A stretch of 64,000 nt of DNA from the NCBI GenBank assembly GCA_977017575.1, contig CDRNVI010000012.1, positions 1 through 64,000 on the forward strand. Reading direction: 5' to 3'. The number at the start of each line of letters is the position of its first letter. Within the stretch, counting starts at the first letter, position 1. Position numbers and translations under genes: made by a program. This document shows, one piece after another, positions 12,743-23,142 of the stretch. Source of the DNA: Paramoeba atlantica. Taxonomy: Eukaryota; Protista; Discosea. A model generated the notes under the pieces. That model was not told the DNA's origin. It worked only from the letters and a program-made list of their open reading frames with translations, and searched no databases.

Positions 12743-14860
12743 ATGTCGCAAACATTTGCGTTCCAAGCGGAGATCAATCAGCTGATGTCTCTCATCATCA
12801 ACACCTTTTACAGCAATAAGGAGATTTTCTTACGCGAGCTGATCAGCAACTCTTCCGACGCCCTGGATAAGATTCGGTATCAAAGCCTTACGAACCCTGA
12901 AGTTCTTTCTGCGGATGAGAAGTTGCACATTCAATTGGTCGCGGACAAGGCGAACAAGACGTTGTCGGTTATTGACTCCGGGGTGGGTATGACGAAAGCG
13001 GACTTGGTGAATAACCTCGGCACGATTGCTCGATCCGGCACCAAGGCGTTCATGGAGGCCCTGGAATCGGGTGCGGACCTCAGTATGATCGGACAATTCG
13101 GTGTCGGGTTCTACTCGGCCTACCTGGTCGCGGACAAAGTCACTGTCGTCTCGAAGCACAATGACGACGAGGCGCACGTTTGGGAATCCTCCGCGGGTGG
13201 CACCTTCACTGTGGCTCCCTGCCCCTCGGCCCCAGTGAAGCGGGGGACAATGATCACGCTGCACCTGAAGGAGGACCAACAGGAGTACCTGGAAGAGCGA
13301 CGACTGAAGGACCTCGTGAAGAAGCACTCCGAGTTCATCGGCTACGACATCAAGCTACAAGTGGAGCGCACCACGGAGAAGGAAGTTACGGACGACGAGG
13401 CGGAGGAGGAAAAGGCGGAGGAAGTGAAACCGGAGGGAGGGGAGGACGAGCCCAAGGTAGAGGAGGCGGAGGAACCCCAGGAGGTGAAGAAGAAGACAAA
13501 GAAGGTGAAGGACGTCTCCGTGGAGTATGAGGTGCTGAACAAGAACAAGCCTCTGTGGACAAAGGACCCGAAGGAGGTGTCACAGGAGGAATACGCCGCC
13601 TTCTACAAGACCATCAGCAACGACTGGGAGGAGCATCTCTCCGTCAAACACTTTAGCGTGGAAGGGCAGCTGGAATTCCGCGCAGTACTGTTCGTCCCGA
13701 AGCGTGCTCCATTCGACATGTTCGAGCCCAATCGCAAGCGAAACAACATTAAGCTGTACGTGCGTCGTGTCTTCATTATGGACAACTGTGAGGAGATCTG
13801 TCCGGAGTGGCTGGCGTTCATTCGAGGCGTCGTCGACAGCGAAGACCTTCCGTTGAACATCTCCCGTGAGAACCTGCAGCAGAACAAAATCCTGAAGGTG
13901 ATCCGGAAGAACGTCGTGAAGAAGGCGGTGGAGTTGTTCGAAGAGCTTGCTGCGGATAAGGACAGTTACAAGAAGTTCTATGAGCACTTCGGGAAGAACA
14001 TCAAGCTTGGCATTCATGAGGATGCGACGAACCGAACCAAACTTTGCGAACTGCTACGCTACAACAGCACGAAGAGCGGCGAAGATGCTACGAGCTTGAA
14101 GGACTACGTCACCCGCATGAAGGAGGGCCAGAAGAGCATCTACTACATCACGGGAGACAGTCGCAAGAAGCTTGAGACATCCCCCTTCCTCGAAGAAGCC
14201 AAGCGGCGTGATATGGAAGTCTTGTTCATGGTGGATCCCATTGATGAATACGTCATGCAGCAGCTCAAGGACTTTGAGGATAAGAAATTCGTGTGTCTCA
14301 CCAAGGAGGGCGTCAAGTTTGAAGAAACGGAGGAGGAGAAGAAGGCACGGGAGGAGAACAAAGCGTCCTTCGAGAAGCTTTGCACGACGATCAAAGAGAT
14401 TCTTGGTGAGAAGGTGGACAAGGTTGTGCTTACCGAGCGCTTGGCGACCTCCCCCTGTATCCTGGTTACCTCTGAACACGGATGGAGTGCACACATGGAA
14501 CAGATCATGAAGCACCAAGCCCTGCGAGACGCTTCCATGTCCTCGTACATGGTGTCAAAGAAGACAATGGAGATCAATCCGCACCACAGCATTATTAAGG
14601 AGCTCCGACGTAAAGCGGATACTGATCAGAACGACAAGACCGTGAAGGATCTCGTCATGCTCCTCTTCGATACCGCGTTGTTGACCTCAGGGTTTAACCT
14701 TGAAGATCCTTCCTCCTACGGCGAACGCATCCACCGCATGGTGAAACTCGGCCTCTCCATCGATGACGACGAGCTTCCCCCTGCCCCCGTGGCGGCCAGC
14801 TCGGAAATGGATGCTGACGATCTTGCGGAGGGCGAAGGACGTATGCAGGAGGTCGATTAA
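12743..14860 (+). CDS. HSP83: HSP83 copy 6 (terminal copy)
   Basis: As copy 2; MSQTF start, GYDIKL and several private silent changes. Confidence 0.98.
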   Translation: MSQTFAFQAEINQLMSLIINTFYSNKEIFLRELISNSSDALDKIRYQSLTNPEVLSADEKLHIQLVADKANKTLSVIDSGVGMTKADLVNNLGTIARSGTKAFMEALESGADLSMIGQFGVGFYSAYLVADKVTVVSKHNDDEAHVWESSAGGTFTVAPCPSAPVKRGTMITLHLKEDQQEYLEERRLKDLVKKHSEFIGYDIKLQVERTTEKEVTDDEAEEEKAEEVKPEGGEDEPKVEEAEEPQEVKKKTKKVKDVSVEYEVLNKNKPLWTKDPKEVSQEEYAAFYKTISNDWEEHLSVKHFSVEGQLEFRAVLFVPKRAPFDMFEPNRKRNNIKLYVRRVFIMDNCEEICPEWLAFIRGVVDSEDLPLNISRENLQQNKILKVIRKNVVKKAVELFEELAADKDSYKKFYEHFGKNIKLGIHEDATNRTKLCELLRYNSTKSGEDATSLKDYVTRMKEGQKSIYYITGDSRKKLETSPFLEEAKRRDMEVLFMVDPIDEYVMQQLKDFEDKKFVCLTKEGVKFEETEEEKKAREENKASFEKLCTTIKEILGEKVDKVVLTERLATSPCILVTSEHGWSAHMEQIMKHQALRDASMSSYMVSKKTMEINPHHSIIKELRRKADTDQNDKTVKDLVMLLFDTALLTSGFNLEDPSSYGERIHRMVKLGLSIDDDELPPAPVAASSEMDADDLAEGEGRMQEVD

Positions 14861-15813
14861 GTCGCTTATCGGCTGATCCTATGAGATCACATTCGGGGAA
14901 GGAAATCAATTGCTAAATTTGATCTTTTTGCTTTTTACGAATTAAGTTCAAGGAACGCTGAAATGCAAGATAATCGCCAGGTTGAGCAAGATATGACACT
15001 TTGCTCCTGCAATATCTTTTGTTTTGTGCGAATTCAAGCAATTTTTTGCATATAGCAGTTCACGACGTTATATTAGTTTCAAGTAGGAAACCTTTTCACG
15101 CAATTAAACAAACATGCCGAAGAACATTCTTCATGCAATTTTAAAGGGCTCCTTGATGGTGTATGAATATCCTGCATTCTATTTTTAGTACCCTCCCTTT
15201 GTACTCACATATTTCGAAATTATGTTATTATTAAAGGTGGACTTTATGTCAAGGCGCTACGGTTTATGGAAAAAGCTTTGGTATGACCATCTTTTGGTAT
15301 TCCTTTGCGGTATTACTCGTGTATGAAGTTCAAGGCTTATAAATCTATCTTTTAGGGATGCTTATAAAAATGATTTGTAAGCGAAAGTGAATTTCCGAAA
15401 ATTGGATTTTTATTATTCTTTCTCTTCTTTGTGATTTATACGATACCTCCACTTGTTTTTCTACTGTTCACCGTTTAATGTGAATTCAAATTAAAGTTAT
15501 TCGTTCTTTTCTATTTTCCCCTATTTCACAGTCTTCACTACTTTTGATCTTCACATGGAATTATTGCGGATTATGAAATGAGTGGCGTTCCGGTGTAGTT
15601 TTGGCAGAACACTCTTAACTAAAGCTGTATGTACATTGTTCTCATTTATGTGCGCATTGTACAGACTTTTGACGCTTGAAGAGAACTACCACTGCTCGCT
15701 TTTTTCTGAGCAACCGTTCATGATTTAGCCTTGCGTTTGCCTACGTTTTTCTGTGTCTCTGGGCCAATGGTACAGCTTGGAAGTTTGTAATAGTCTGGAT
15801 TTCTTCAAAGACA

Positions 15814-18798
15814 ATGATATTTTCGCATTTGTTGGCACAGCTGTTGCTGTGCACGTGCATATTTTCAAACGAAGATTCCGTTCGCTGCATTTTTTCTATC
15901 TCGCACTCATTGCTTCCGTACAGTGAGCTTTCTGGGAATCCATGTGGTGTTTCCGATGCGTACCCCTGCGTGTCGGGGTGGGCTAATCGCAACGCTGCAA
16001 TACGTAGCGCCCAGAAGGATGCCCCTGGGGGTTCTGATAGAACGTTCACAATGGTGACAGTGGACGACGAATCAGCCCTTGTGAGTTCACATTGCTTATT
16101 GTTTGGTTTAAACCACAAACTAGAAAGTGACGTGACCATTGATGCTTACGTGTTGCGCTCTGCCATTATGCTAAACACCAATGACGATCGCGTAAATTCA
16201 TGGTTTGCAGTGAAAAAAAGAAAAATCCCACCCGCTATCACGCTTTTGGTTCAAGAAGAAATTAATCCACTGCTCGCAACAATTTTACATCCTGCTACGT
16301 TAAAGCGAATAGGTTCCCATGAGGTGCTTTTCATTAGTTTATTCGATCCTGGAGAAGCGTACTTCAAGGACCTAGAGCCGATGATTCGTGCTCTGCATAA
16401 TACTTATCTGCCTGATTTAACAATTCTCCTTGTCCGCTCAATCATAAGTGCCACAAAACTGCGTTTCATCGACAGTCCATATGTTGATGTGTTATTGTTT
16501 TTGAGACCGAACGCAACTTACGAACACTCTAAAAGAAAGTTTACACATCATGTTACAGTCAATGCAGAGATAGTATCCCTTTTCTGTTTGGACTGGGATT
16601 TCTCTCAAAGAAATATACATTCCGTTTCTTTACTGACTGTGAATGACGCCAGCACAGTTAATGTTAGATACCCACACCAGTTTGCAAACGACTCTAAAAC
16701 ATTGCAGCGAGAAATTGATACAGTTCTCGGAAAGGTTATTAGCGCTGATCGTCAGCCGAGAACCATATGTTTGCAGCAAGAATGTAGTGCTGGAAATTTT
16801 CTTGCAGATGCTGTATACGCCGGGAATCCTCTCTTCTCGCCAGATATTGTCCTGATACCCTCCAGACTTGCTCAAGAAGTTAACGGGGTTCAGGATGCTG
16901 CTCCGTCACAAGTCTGGACTTATATGCCTGATTATATACATGTCTCTAAGCATTATTTATACGGGTCTCAAATCTGGTTGTTGTTGAATAGTAGCATATG
17001 GAGCTTACCCCGGATGCCACTTCAAATGAGCGGCCTACGCATGGAATACGACGCTGTAGAACATAGCTCAGTTAATAGTACACGATTATTGAATGTCGAA
17101 GTATACAATCGTAGCGAGAGTAGGTGGAACTCTCTAAAGAGAAATATTCTTTATGAGGTGGTCCTTTTAGAGAATGTGACGAAATACGAGGTCAATCTGT
17201 TATCTGGTTCTGATTTAATTTACAAGTTTTTGCATTTCTCTACGCGGACTTCGCTACAGACGTTCTGCATACAGTGGATGTATCAAATCAATAAACGTAG
17301 TCTACACCAAGGGTACCGTATTCGAGGTGATTATCGTCATTCGGGAAATCGAACTCCTTTTCTTCTACCTCCTTTGTTACGTGACGAATGCCAATTCAAC
17401 ACGCGGTGGTTAGAATCATGTGGGGAGTGTGAGCCATGCCCTGTGGGGACCTATCAGCCTATTAGAGGACAAGAGTTTTGTATACCAGTCTCCGTAAAAT
17501 TTCCTCTTTCGGAAGCAATCATTACTGCTCTAATACTTAGCACGATTATAGTTCTCATGCTTATGCTCTCTTTTCCTATTGTATGGAAAGTTACAGATCA
17601 CTACAAAAAAAACCGACTCCTTGTAAAGCAGCGCATGGTTGCGTGCGAGCTAGCAGAAGGAATAGCAAGTCAAAAACCCGATAAAGATATAATTTATGGT
17701 TGTTCCTTGTCACATTCCCTTTCCAATTCTATGCGTCGAATTTACGACACGTTGAAAAAAGTCGCAGAAACTTCTGGTTCCGTAAAGGGGCAGGGTTTCG
17801 TCATCAAAGAAATTTTTGCAAGGAATTCGTGCCTGTGGTATTGTCAGTATTTTAAGAGGACCGTTCTGAGAACAACGCACTGCCATATTTTTAACGAAGC
17901 CTCAAAAATACCAATAATTTTAAATTCCGTTCAATCTTTTTACTCACCGAGTAGCAAATGTTATACGATTTCTCCTATCTCGTCACCACCCAACGCAAGC
18001 GATTTTGAAAATGTTCCTCGCACTATTTCAAGGAGTAAAACTTCTGAATATCAAGGCAGTGAAAGTCAATGTGTTCTACTACCATCTGGGGACAGTGGTC
18101 TGGACAACTACGGTTCAGTTATCAAGCTTGTTTCTCCGAAACTGCTGTCAGGAACATCCTTTTTTCATGTCAATAATTTGCCACTCACGGAAAAGCTTTT
18201 TATTCTGCACCAAATTCGTTTTCTTCGACACAATAATCTTACACCATATTTAAGATACGTTGTCCGAGAAGATAGTATCACAGCTGTCCAAGATTACACG
18301 TATGGAAATAGCCTTTCCTATGTCTTAGATTGTTTTGGGAATCTGCCTATGCTGTTGGTTCGAAAATATGCACGAGATATATGTCTCGATGCCGCATTCT
18401 TGCAACGCAGTGGACATTCTCATGGTAATATATGTTTGAAAAACATTATTCTTATTGGGAGTAGATGTCGGGTAAGTGGCTTCTGTCTCCCACTTGATAC
18501 GAGTGCAGATAAATGCAGTTTCTCAGACGTCCCAGAAGTCTATCGCTACCATGCGCACAATGTACACTCTCGAGATCCTTTCACATACGTTCGGGCTATT
18601 GGTTGTATGGTCACTGTCATGCTGACTGGCAAGTTCTTTCAGGAACGTGAATGGGAAAAACAACTGACGAGAACAGTGGGGGATGAGCAAGAGAGATACC
18701 TTGCAAAGTCATTCTGCTCACTTGCTCTTACTTGTCATCCTATGACGAGGCCAAGTCTGTCTAACTTGCTTAGTCACCCCTTTCTTCACGTTGAATAG
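15814..18798 (+). CDS. Single-pass receptor-like pseudokinase (5'-nucleotidase-C-like and Cys-rich ectodomain, TM, degenerate kinase domain)
   Basis: Hydrophobic N-terminus; CSAGNFLADAV..DIVLIP and LQMSGLRMEYD (5'-nucleotidase C-domain-like); CEPCPVGTYQPIRGQEFC (ephrin-receptor-like Cys repeat); TM IITALILSTIIVLMLMLSFPIVW; C-terminal FLRHNNL, HGNICLKNI, VSGF and HPFL kinase-fold remnants. Confidence 0.7.
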   Translation: MIFSHLLAQLLLCTCIFSNEDSVRCIFSISHSLLPYSELSGNPCGVSDAYPCVSGWANRNAAIRSAQKDAPGGSDRTFTMVTVDDESALVSSHCLLFGLNHKLESDVTIDAYVLRSAIMLNTNDDRVNSWFAVKKRKIPPAITLLVQEEINPLLATILHPATLKRIGSHEVLFISLFDPGEAYFKDLEPMIRALHNTYLPDLTILLVRSIISATKLRFIDSPYVDVLLFLRPNATYEHSKRKFTHHVTVNAEIVSLFCLDWDFSQRNIHSVSLLTVNDASTVNVRYPHQFANDSKTLQREIDTVLGKVISADRQPRTICLQQECSAGNFLADAVYAGNPLFSPDIVLIPSRLAQEVNGVQDAAPSQVWTYMPDYIHVSKHYLYGSQIWLLLNSSIWSLPRMPLQMSGLRMEYDAVEHSSVNSTRLLNVEVYNRSESRWNSLKRNILYEVVLLENVTKYEVNLLSGSDLIYKFLHFSTRTSLQTFCIQWMYQINKRSLHQGYRIRGDYRHSGNRTPFLLPPLLRDECQFNTRWLESCGECEPCPVGTYQPIRGQEFCIPVSVKFPLSEAIITALILSTIIVLMLMLSFPIVWKVTDHYKKNRLLVKQRMVACELAEGIASQKPDKDIIYGCSLSHSLSNSMRRIYDTLKKVAETSGSVKGQGFVIKEIFARNSCLWYCQYFKRTVLRTTHCHIFNEASKIPIILNSVQSFYSPSSKCYTISPISSPPNASDFENVPRTISRSKTSEYQGSESQCVLLPSGDSGLDNYGSVIKLVSPKLLSGTSFFHVNNLPLTEKLFILHQIRFLRHNNLTPYLRYVVREDSITAVQDYTYGNSLSYVLDCFGNLPMLLVRKYARDICLDAAFLQRSGHSHGNICLKNIILIGSRCRVSGFCLPLDTSADKCSFSDVPEVYRYHAHNVHSRDPFTYVRAIGCMVTVMLTGKFFQEREWEKQLTRTVGDEQERYLAKSFCSLALTCHPMTRPSLSNLLSHPFLHVE

Positions 18799-19137
18799 TT
18801 TTAAGGAAGGAATTTCATTTGCAACACAGAATGTCACATTCTGTGCTATTAAGCCAGTTTATGTGTCCCAATTTTGTGTACACTGTGCTTCCTCAGCGAT
18901 CATTCCAGTACTTTGTAAAAGTCTCGCTATCTTTATTCTCTTTTATAGAAGAGAATTGTGTCTGTCAAGGCCTTGCTGACCTTTTTGAATAAATAACGGC
19001 TACAATTAAAACAAATTTCTTAATTATTACAACAAATAAGTAATTATTAAGTAAAGCAATATTAATTATATGGCTCGTTGTCGCAGGTATGCAGTATTTA
19101 TACTCATCTTACGCATTTTCCTTCATTAACTCATATC

Positions 19138-19446
19138 ATGTCTCGTCAAACAGAATTCGTTCAACGCATTTTGGAGGCAGAGAAACGACGAAACGAAATA
19201 GTTCAAGAGGCCAAAAAGAATAAACAGCAAAGATTGCGTCAGGCACGCAAAGATGCTGAAACAGAGATTATTGCCTTTCAAGCTGAGAGAAATAATGAGC
19301 TTGAAGAGTACAAGAAATCGGCATGTGATTTAGTCTACGAAGAAGTCCCCATACTTTCAAGTGCAAGTCGAATCAACGAAAGAACTAACAAAAGAATTGA
19401 TGACGTCGCAGAATTTTTATTCCAGCGCGTGTCTAATTTTGCTTAA
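19138..19446 (+). CDS. VMA10: V-type ATPase subunit G
   Basis: MSRQTEFVQRILEAEKRRNEIVQEAKKNKQQRLRQARKDAETEI matches the subunit G N-terminal pattern; ATG at 19138. Confidence 0.88.
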   Translation: MSRQTEFVQRILEAEKRRNEIVQEAKKNKQQRLRQARKDAETEIIAFQAERNNELEEYKKSACDLVYEEVPILSSASRINERTNKRIDDVAEFLFQRVSNFA

Positions 19447-20021
19447 AATTTTGTTCGAAGACTTTTTAACCATGGGTAGTAATATCTCACAAGACCAAAA
19501 AAATATCTCACAAGACACGCAGTCTAACTCAGAAGGGCCAGTGATAAATAGAAACTGGTCATTTGGCAAATGCTTAACTTAAGTTGGACATCAAATTTCT
19601 ATGTACTATGCACCTCGATTTATGCGTTAGTCCTAGACGACCTGTTTATACGCATATCTATTTCACTACAATTTTTGATATTGTGGCTGGTATCATCTTC
19701 TTGAGTGATGGTTGTCACCAGGAATTCGTATATTTGGGCCTTCATGTACAACATTCCTGTTATGACTGCTTTAAACTTTTGATTTAGTGCACATCATACT
19801 TTGATATAGACTGTTCAAGTAGAGCTCATGCGAAATTATCTATTATGCATGTAATACGTTTTGTTCTATCTACAGAAAATACAGAACGAACTATGCTGTG
19901 AACATGCCGTATCGTCGAAGTGTTATGGATTTGCTTATTGAGCAGTTTGACTCAACGTAAATCGGGAATATCACCGTGAAAAGGAGGTGGAAAACATTTT
20001 CAGTACAAGACGCAATACGCG

Positions 20022-21662
20022 ATGGTTGGTGCGTCATGTCTCTTTTGTAATATAAAACATAAGGCAGTTCCTATTGCTCGCAGTACACTATCTCACCAAA
20101 AAAATAAAGAAATTAATAATGCTGTCGACAGGATGATGAATGCTTCGAACGGGTTAGTTCTTGTTGTACACGGTCCTCCAGGATGCGGCAAGCGCACTTC
20201 GATGGACTTAATGATTGCAGAAAGACAGATTTCTTGTAGAAGAGTGTTTAATGAGGAGTGGACTATTCGTGAGCTTGCGCTTCTGCTGAATAGCTCTCTA
20301 GACAATAGATCCTACGTGACGGTATTCGAAAATGTTATTCCTCAAAGTACATGTCCATTGCAGAGGGCGTTTCGAGACAGATTAACCGACCGATTTCTTG
20401 CTCAAGTACGTGAGGCACGAATCAAAGCGATTTTTATGTGCACCACCTCAGACGTCTACAGCGAACGAACCGCACTGCGAGAGTGGTTTTCGGAACAGTT
20501 TTTGGTATCCTCGAATGTGGAATTCATACGTGTCCCACCAGTTACGACAGCTTCTATCAAGCGTTGCCTGGAACACATAACGAACCTTTGCCATTTTTCT
20601 TCCGAAATTGGGATCAGAGACACAATTTCGGGCATAGCGGAGGATGCAGGTGATATTCGTGCTGCTACCGTGCAACTGCAGTGGGTTCTTCTAAAGTACC
20701 GATCTTCACGTAAGACTACGAAAGCCGAACCGTCGCACCAGCAAACTGGTATACTCTTGCCAAAGAAAGGTGTCGACGTTATCGACATCGATAAAGAACC
20801 AGTAAAGCAAACCAGTGTAATTCCGAACCCGCAGAATAGAGATGCTTATCTGAATATAGGTCATGCAACGGCACGTTTTCTCTACGGAAGACCTTATACT
20901 GTGCAAGAAATATTATACAGTTTGCCAGAAGTGTCAGGAATGCGTTTGCTTTCTTTTTTTCATCATAACATGCTTCAATTTTTTGATGCAGAAAACATAG
21001 AAGGCGCAGCCGCTGTCTATTTGGACATAGCGTGTGCGGACGAAATCATTCCAACATCATCCTCAAACTTCTTTGTGCGAGAAATACTTCCTTTGGAATG
21101 TGTCATCTGTGCATATCGTACTTTCAACGCTAATCCAAATGTTGCTAAAAAATGGCAACCGTGCACAGCTCCTCCCTTTATGCCGAAATGTTCTGTTTCT
21201 TACACGAAATGGCGTCAGGATGAAGATGATTGTTTATTGCACTCTATTCTTTTTTGTGATGAACTACTTCTTCCTGATGCACTCCCACCTACCAAAGAAT
21301 CGAAAAAGAGTGACTCCCTCCCAACAATTCTTGAAACAAAAAATATTCATAGTGGTTCAAGAAACTGGAGGTCTAAATTGGCAGTAGACGGAAATAGAAT
21401 CCTTCCTTTAAGTAAGAAAATAGCAAGAACCTCAGCTCCTTCTATTGAAGCGAAATATGAAAGAAAAAAGCGAAGTCTACCGAAGCATTTCGTAGCTTCG
21501 CTTTGGTCATCGTATAATGCTGCTGATCCTGAAGGGTGGAAAAAACATTTACGAGAAGAATATTACGACGTTGTGTCAGCAGATAATCATTCTGTGTCTG
21601 GCGACACTTGCGTCAGTAACAACGACGACGAAATAGAGGATTCCGATGATCTTCAGGAGTGA
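20022..21662 (+). CDS. RAD17: Checkpoint clamp loader RAD17/Rad24 (AAA+)
   Basis: Walker A HGPPGCGK; GDIRAATVQLQ; IGHATARFLYGR; acidic C-terminal tail. Confidence 0.8.
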   Translation: MVGASCLFCNIKHKAVPIARSTLSHQKNKEINNAVDRMMNASNGLVLVVHGPPGCGKRTSMDLMIAERQISCRRVFNEEWTIRELALLLNSSLDNRSYVTVFENVIPQSTCPLQRAFRDRLTDRFLAQVREARIKAIFMCTTSDVYSERTALREWFSEQFLVSSNVEFIRVPPVTTASIKRCLEHITNLCHFSSEIGIRDTISGIAEDAGDIRAATVQLQWVLLKYRSSRKTTKAEPSHQQTGILLPKKGVDVIDIDKEPVKQTSVIPNPQNRDAYLNIGHATARFLYGRPYTVQEILYSLPEVSGMRLLSFFHHNMLQFFDAENIEGAAAVYLDIACADEIIPTSSSNFFVREILPLECVICAYRTFNANPNVAKKWQPCTAPPFMPKCSVSYTKWRQDEDDCLLHSILFCDELLLPDALPPTKESKKSDSLPTILETKNIHSGSRNWRSKLAVDGNRILPLSKKIARTSAPSIEAKYERKKRSLPKHFVASLWSSYNAADPEGWKKHLREEYYDVVSADNHSVSGDTCVSNNDDEIEDSDDLQE

Positions 21663-21930
21663 AACGCAAATTTTCTCTCGCAGAAATATGCATTTATACG
21701 TTATCCACATACAGTATCGGTCTTTTATCATGCCGTGTATCTCAATTAAATTGTGTTAATTAAAAAAATTACTATTCCCACCGAAAGAACTATTTTCTGC
21801 TCTTTTTGCTGTGTCTAGTCTTTATCCTTGCACCTTATCATAACGTACACGTACACTCTTCTTGTTCCGTGTCTTTCCATTAAAACTGTACCTTAGTATT
21901 TCACCTTTGCATTCTTAGCACGAGATTTTC

Positions 21931-22761
21931 ATGAGAGGAGGACCTATGGGCCGAGGAGGTGGACCTATGCGAGGGGGTCGTGCCCGAGGCGGGATTGGTG
22001 GAGGACGTGGTAGGGGTTCAGGTCGCGGTCGCGGAGGTTCCATGGGGAAACCTAAAAGTGCGGAAATCAGTGCTCACCATCGCTTTCCCGGGGTGTTCGT
22101 TTCCGGGGGTAAGGCACTGTGCACTCAGAGTCAGGTCCCCGGGGTAAATGTATACGGAGAGAAGAAAATAAATGTAAAGTTACAGGAGGAGGATGAGGCT
22201 AACACGGAATTTCGCGTGTGGAATCCGTACCGGTCAAAGCTCGCGGCGGGTATTTACAACGGCATAGAAAAAATGTACGTCGCTCCGGGAGAGAAGGTAC
22301 TCTATCTGGGAGCTGCCAGCGGAACCACTGTTTCGCACGTCAGTGATGTCGTCGGCTCGGAAGGAGTAGTGTATGCCGTCGAGTTCTCATTAAGATGCGG
22401 AAGGGATCTAGAGGAAATGTCAAAGCATCGACCGAATATTGTGCCCATAGTTGAAGACGCGCGTCACCCGTGGAAATATCGAATGCTGATCCCCGGACTT
22501 GTAGATGCTATCTTTATGGACGTAGCACAACCTGATCAGGCTCGAATCATTGCTTTGAATGCTAAACATTTTCTGAAAAGTGGGGGTGGCTTTGCTATTT
22601 CAATCAAGGCGAACTGCGTCGATAGCACCGCAGAGCCAGAAGTGGTCTTTGCCTCTGAGGTTGCAAAATTAAAAAAGGAGAAACTGCGACCGAAAGAGCA
22701 AGTGACGTTGGAACCTTTTGAACGAGGTCATGCACTTGTGGCTGGCGTCTACAAACCTTAA
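21931..22761 (+). CDS. NOP1: Fibrillarin (rRNA 2'-O-methyltransferase)
   Basis: GAR N-terminus; [45 protein letters not shown]. Confidence 0.98.
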   Translation: MRGGPMGRGGGPMRGGRARGGIGGGRGRGSGRGRGGSMGKPKSAEISAHHRFPGVFVSGGKALCTQSQVPGVNVYGEKKINVKLQEEDEANTEFRVWNPYRSKLAAGIYNGIEKMYVAPGEKVLYLGAASGTTVSHVSDVVGSEGVVYAVEFSLRCGRDLEEMSKHRPNIVPIVEDARHPWKYRMLIPGLVDAIFMDVAQPDQARIIALNAKHFLKSGGGFAISIKANCVDSTAEPEVVFASEVAKLKKEKLRPKEQVTLEPFERGHALVAGVYKP

Positions 22762-23142
22762 AGAACGAAAGCTATCTTGATTCGAGGCCAATACTGCATA
22801 ATGGTTCTACTCGGCCTAGTATAGAACTCCTTATATAGAACTCCTTTATAGCTAATAACATTATGTGAAGGAGATATTCTGTTATTTTTACTCACTGATA
22901 ATTTTAGCAGCGATAGGTGCGTACATACATTAAATCTTTTTTCTTTGCTTAGCCACTTTCAACTAGCATTGAAGCTACGGTTTCTGTAATTTTTTTCGAT
23001 ACTTTCATTGTACATAGGCACGCATGTTAATTTTAATCTTGATTACTTGGGATACGGATCGTCAATTTTTATGTTGCTTTTAGTCACTCAAATTTTTCAT
23101 CTCTTAGAGTGAGAGATAAATTACTCATTATTCACGGTGTCT

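Larger units (their letters stand above)
1..15033 (+). repeat. Tandem HSP83 gene array, 2587-bp unit (2118-bp CDS + 469-bp spacer), >=6 copies, continuing off the 5' end
   Basis: Near-identical units recur at exactly 2587-bp offsets (stops at 1925, 4512, 7099, 9686, 12273, 14860). High identity ends near 15033. Confidence 0.98.

Noticed and set aside
185-14909. Many short antisense or alternate-frame ORFs repeated within HSP83 (also within PEPCK and RPN12)
   Set aside because: Shadow ORFs of GC-rich coding sequence; their recurrence only reflects the tandem array.
19472-19582. 36-aa ORF starting MGSNIS (myristoylation-like)
   Set aside because: Begins only 26 nt after the V-ATPase G stop, too close for independent processing; probably UTR.
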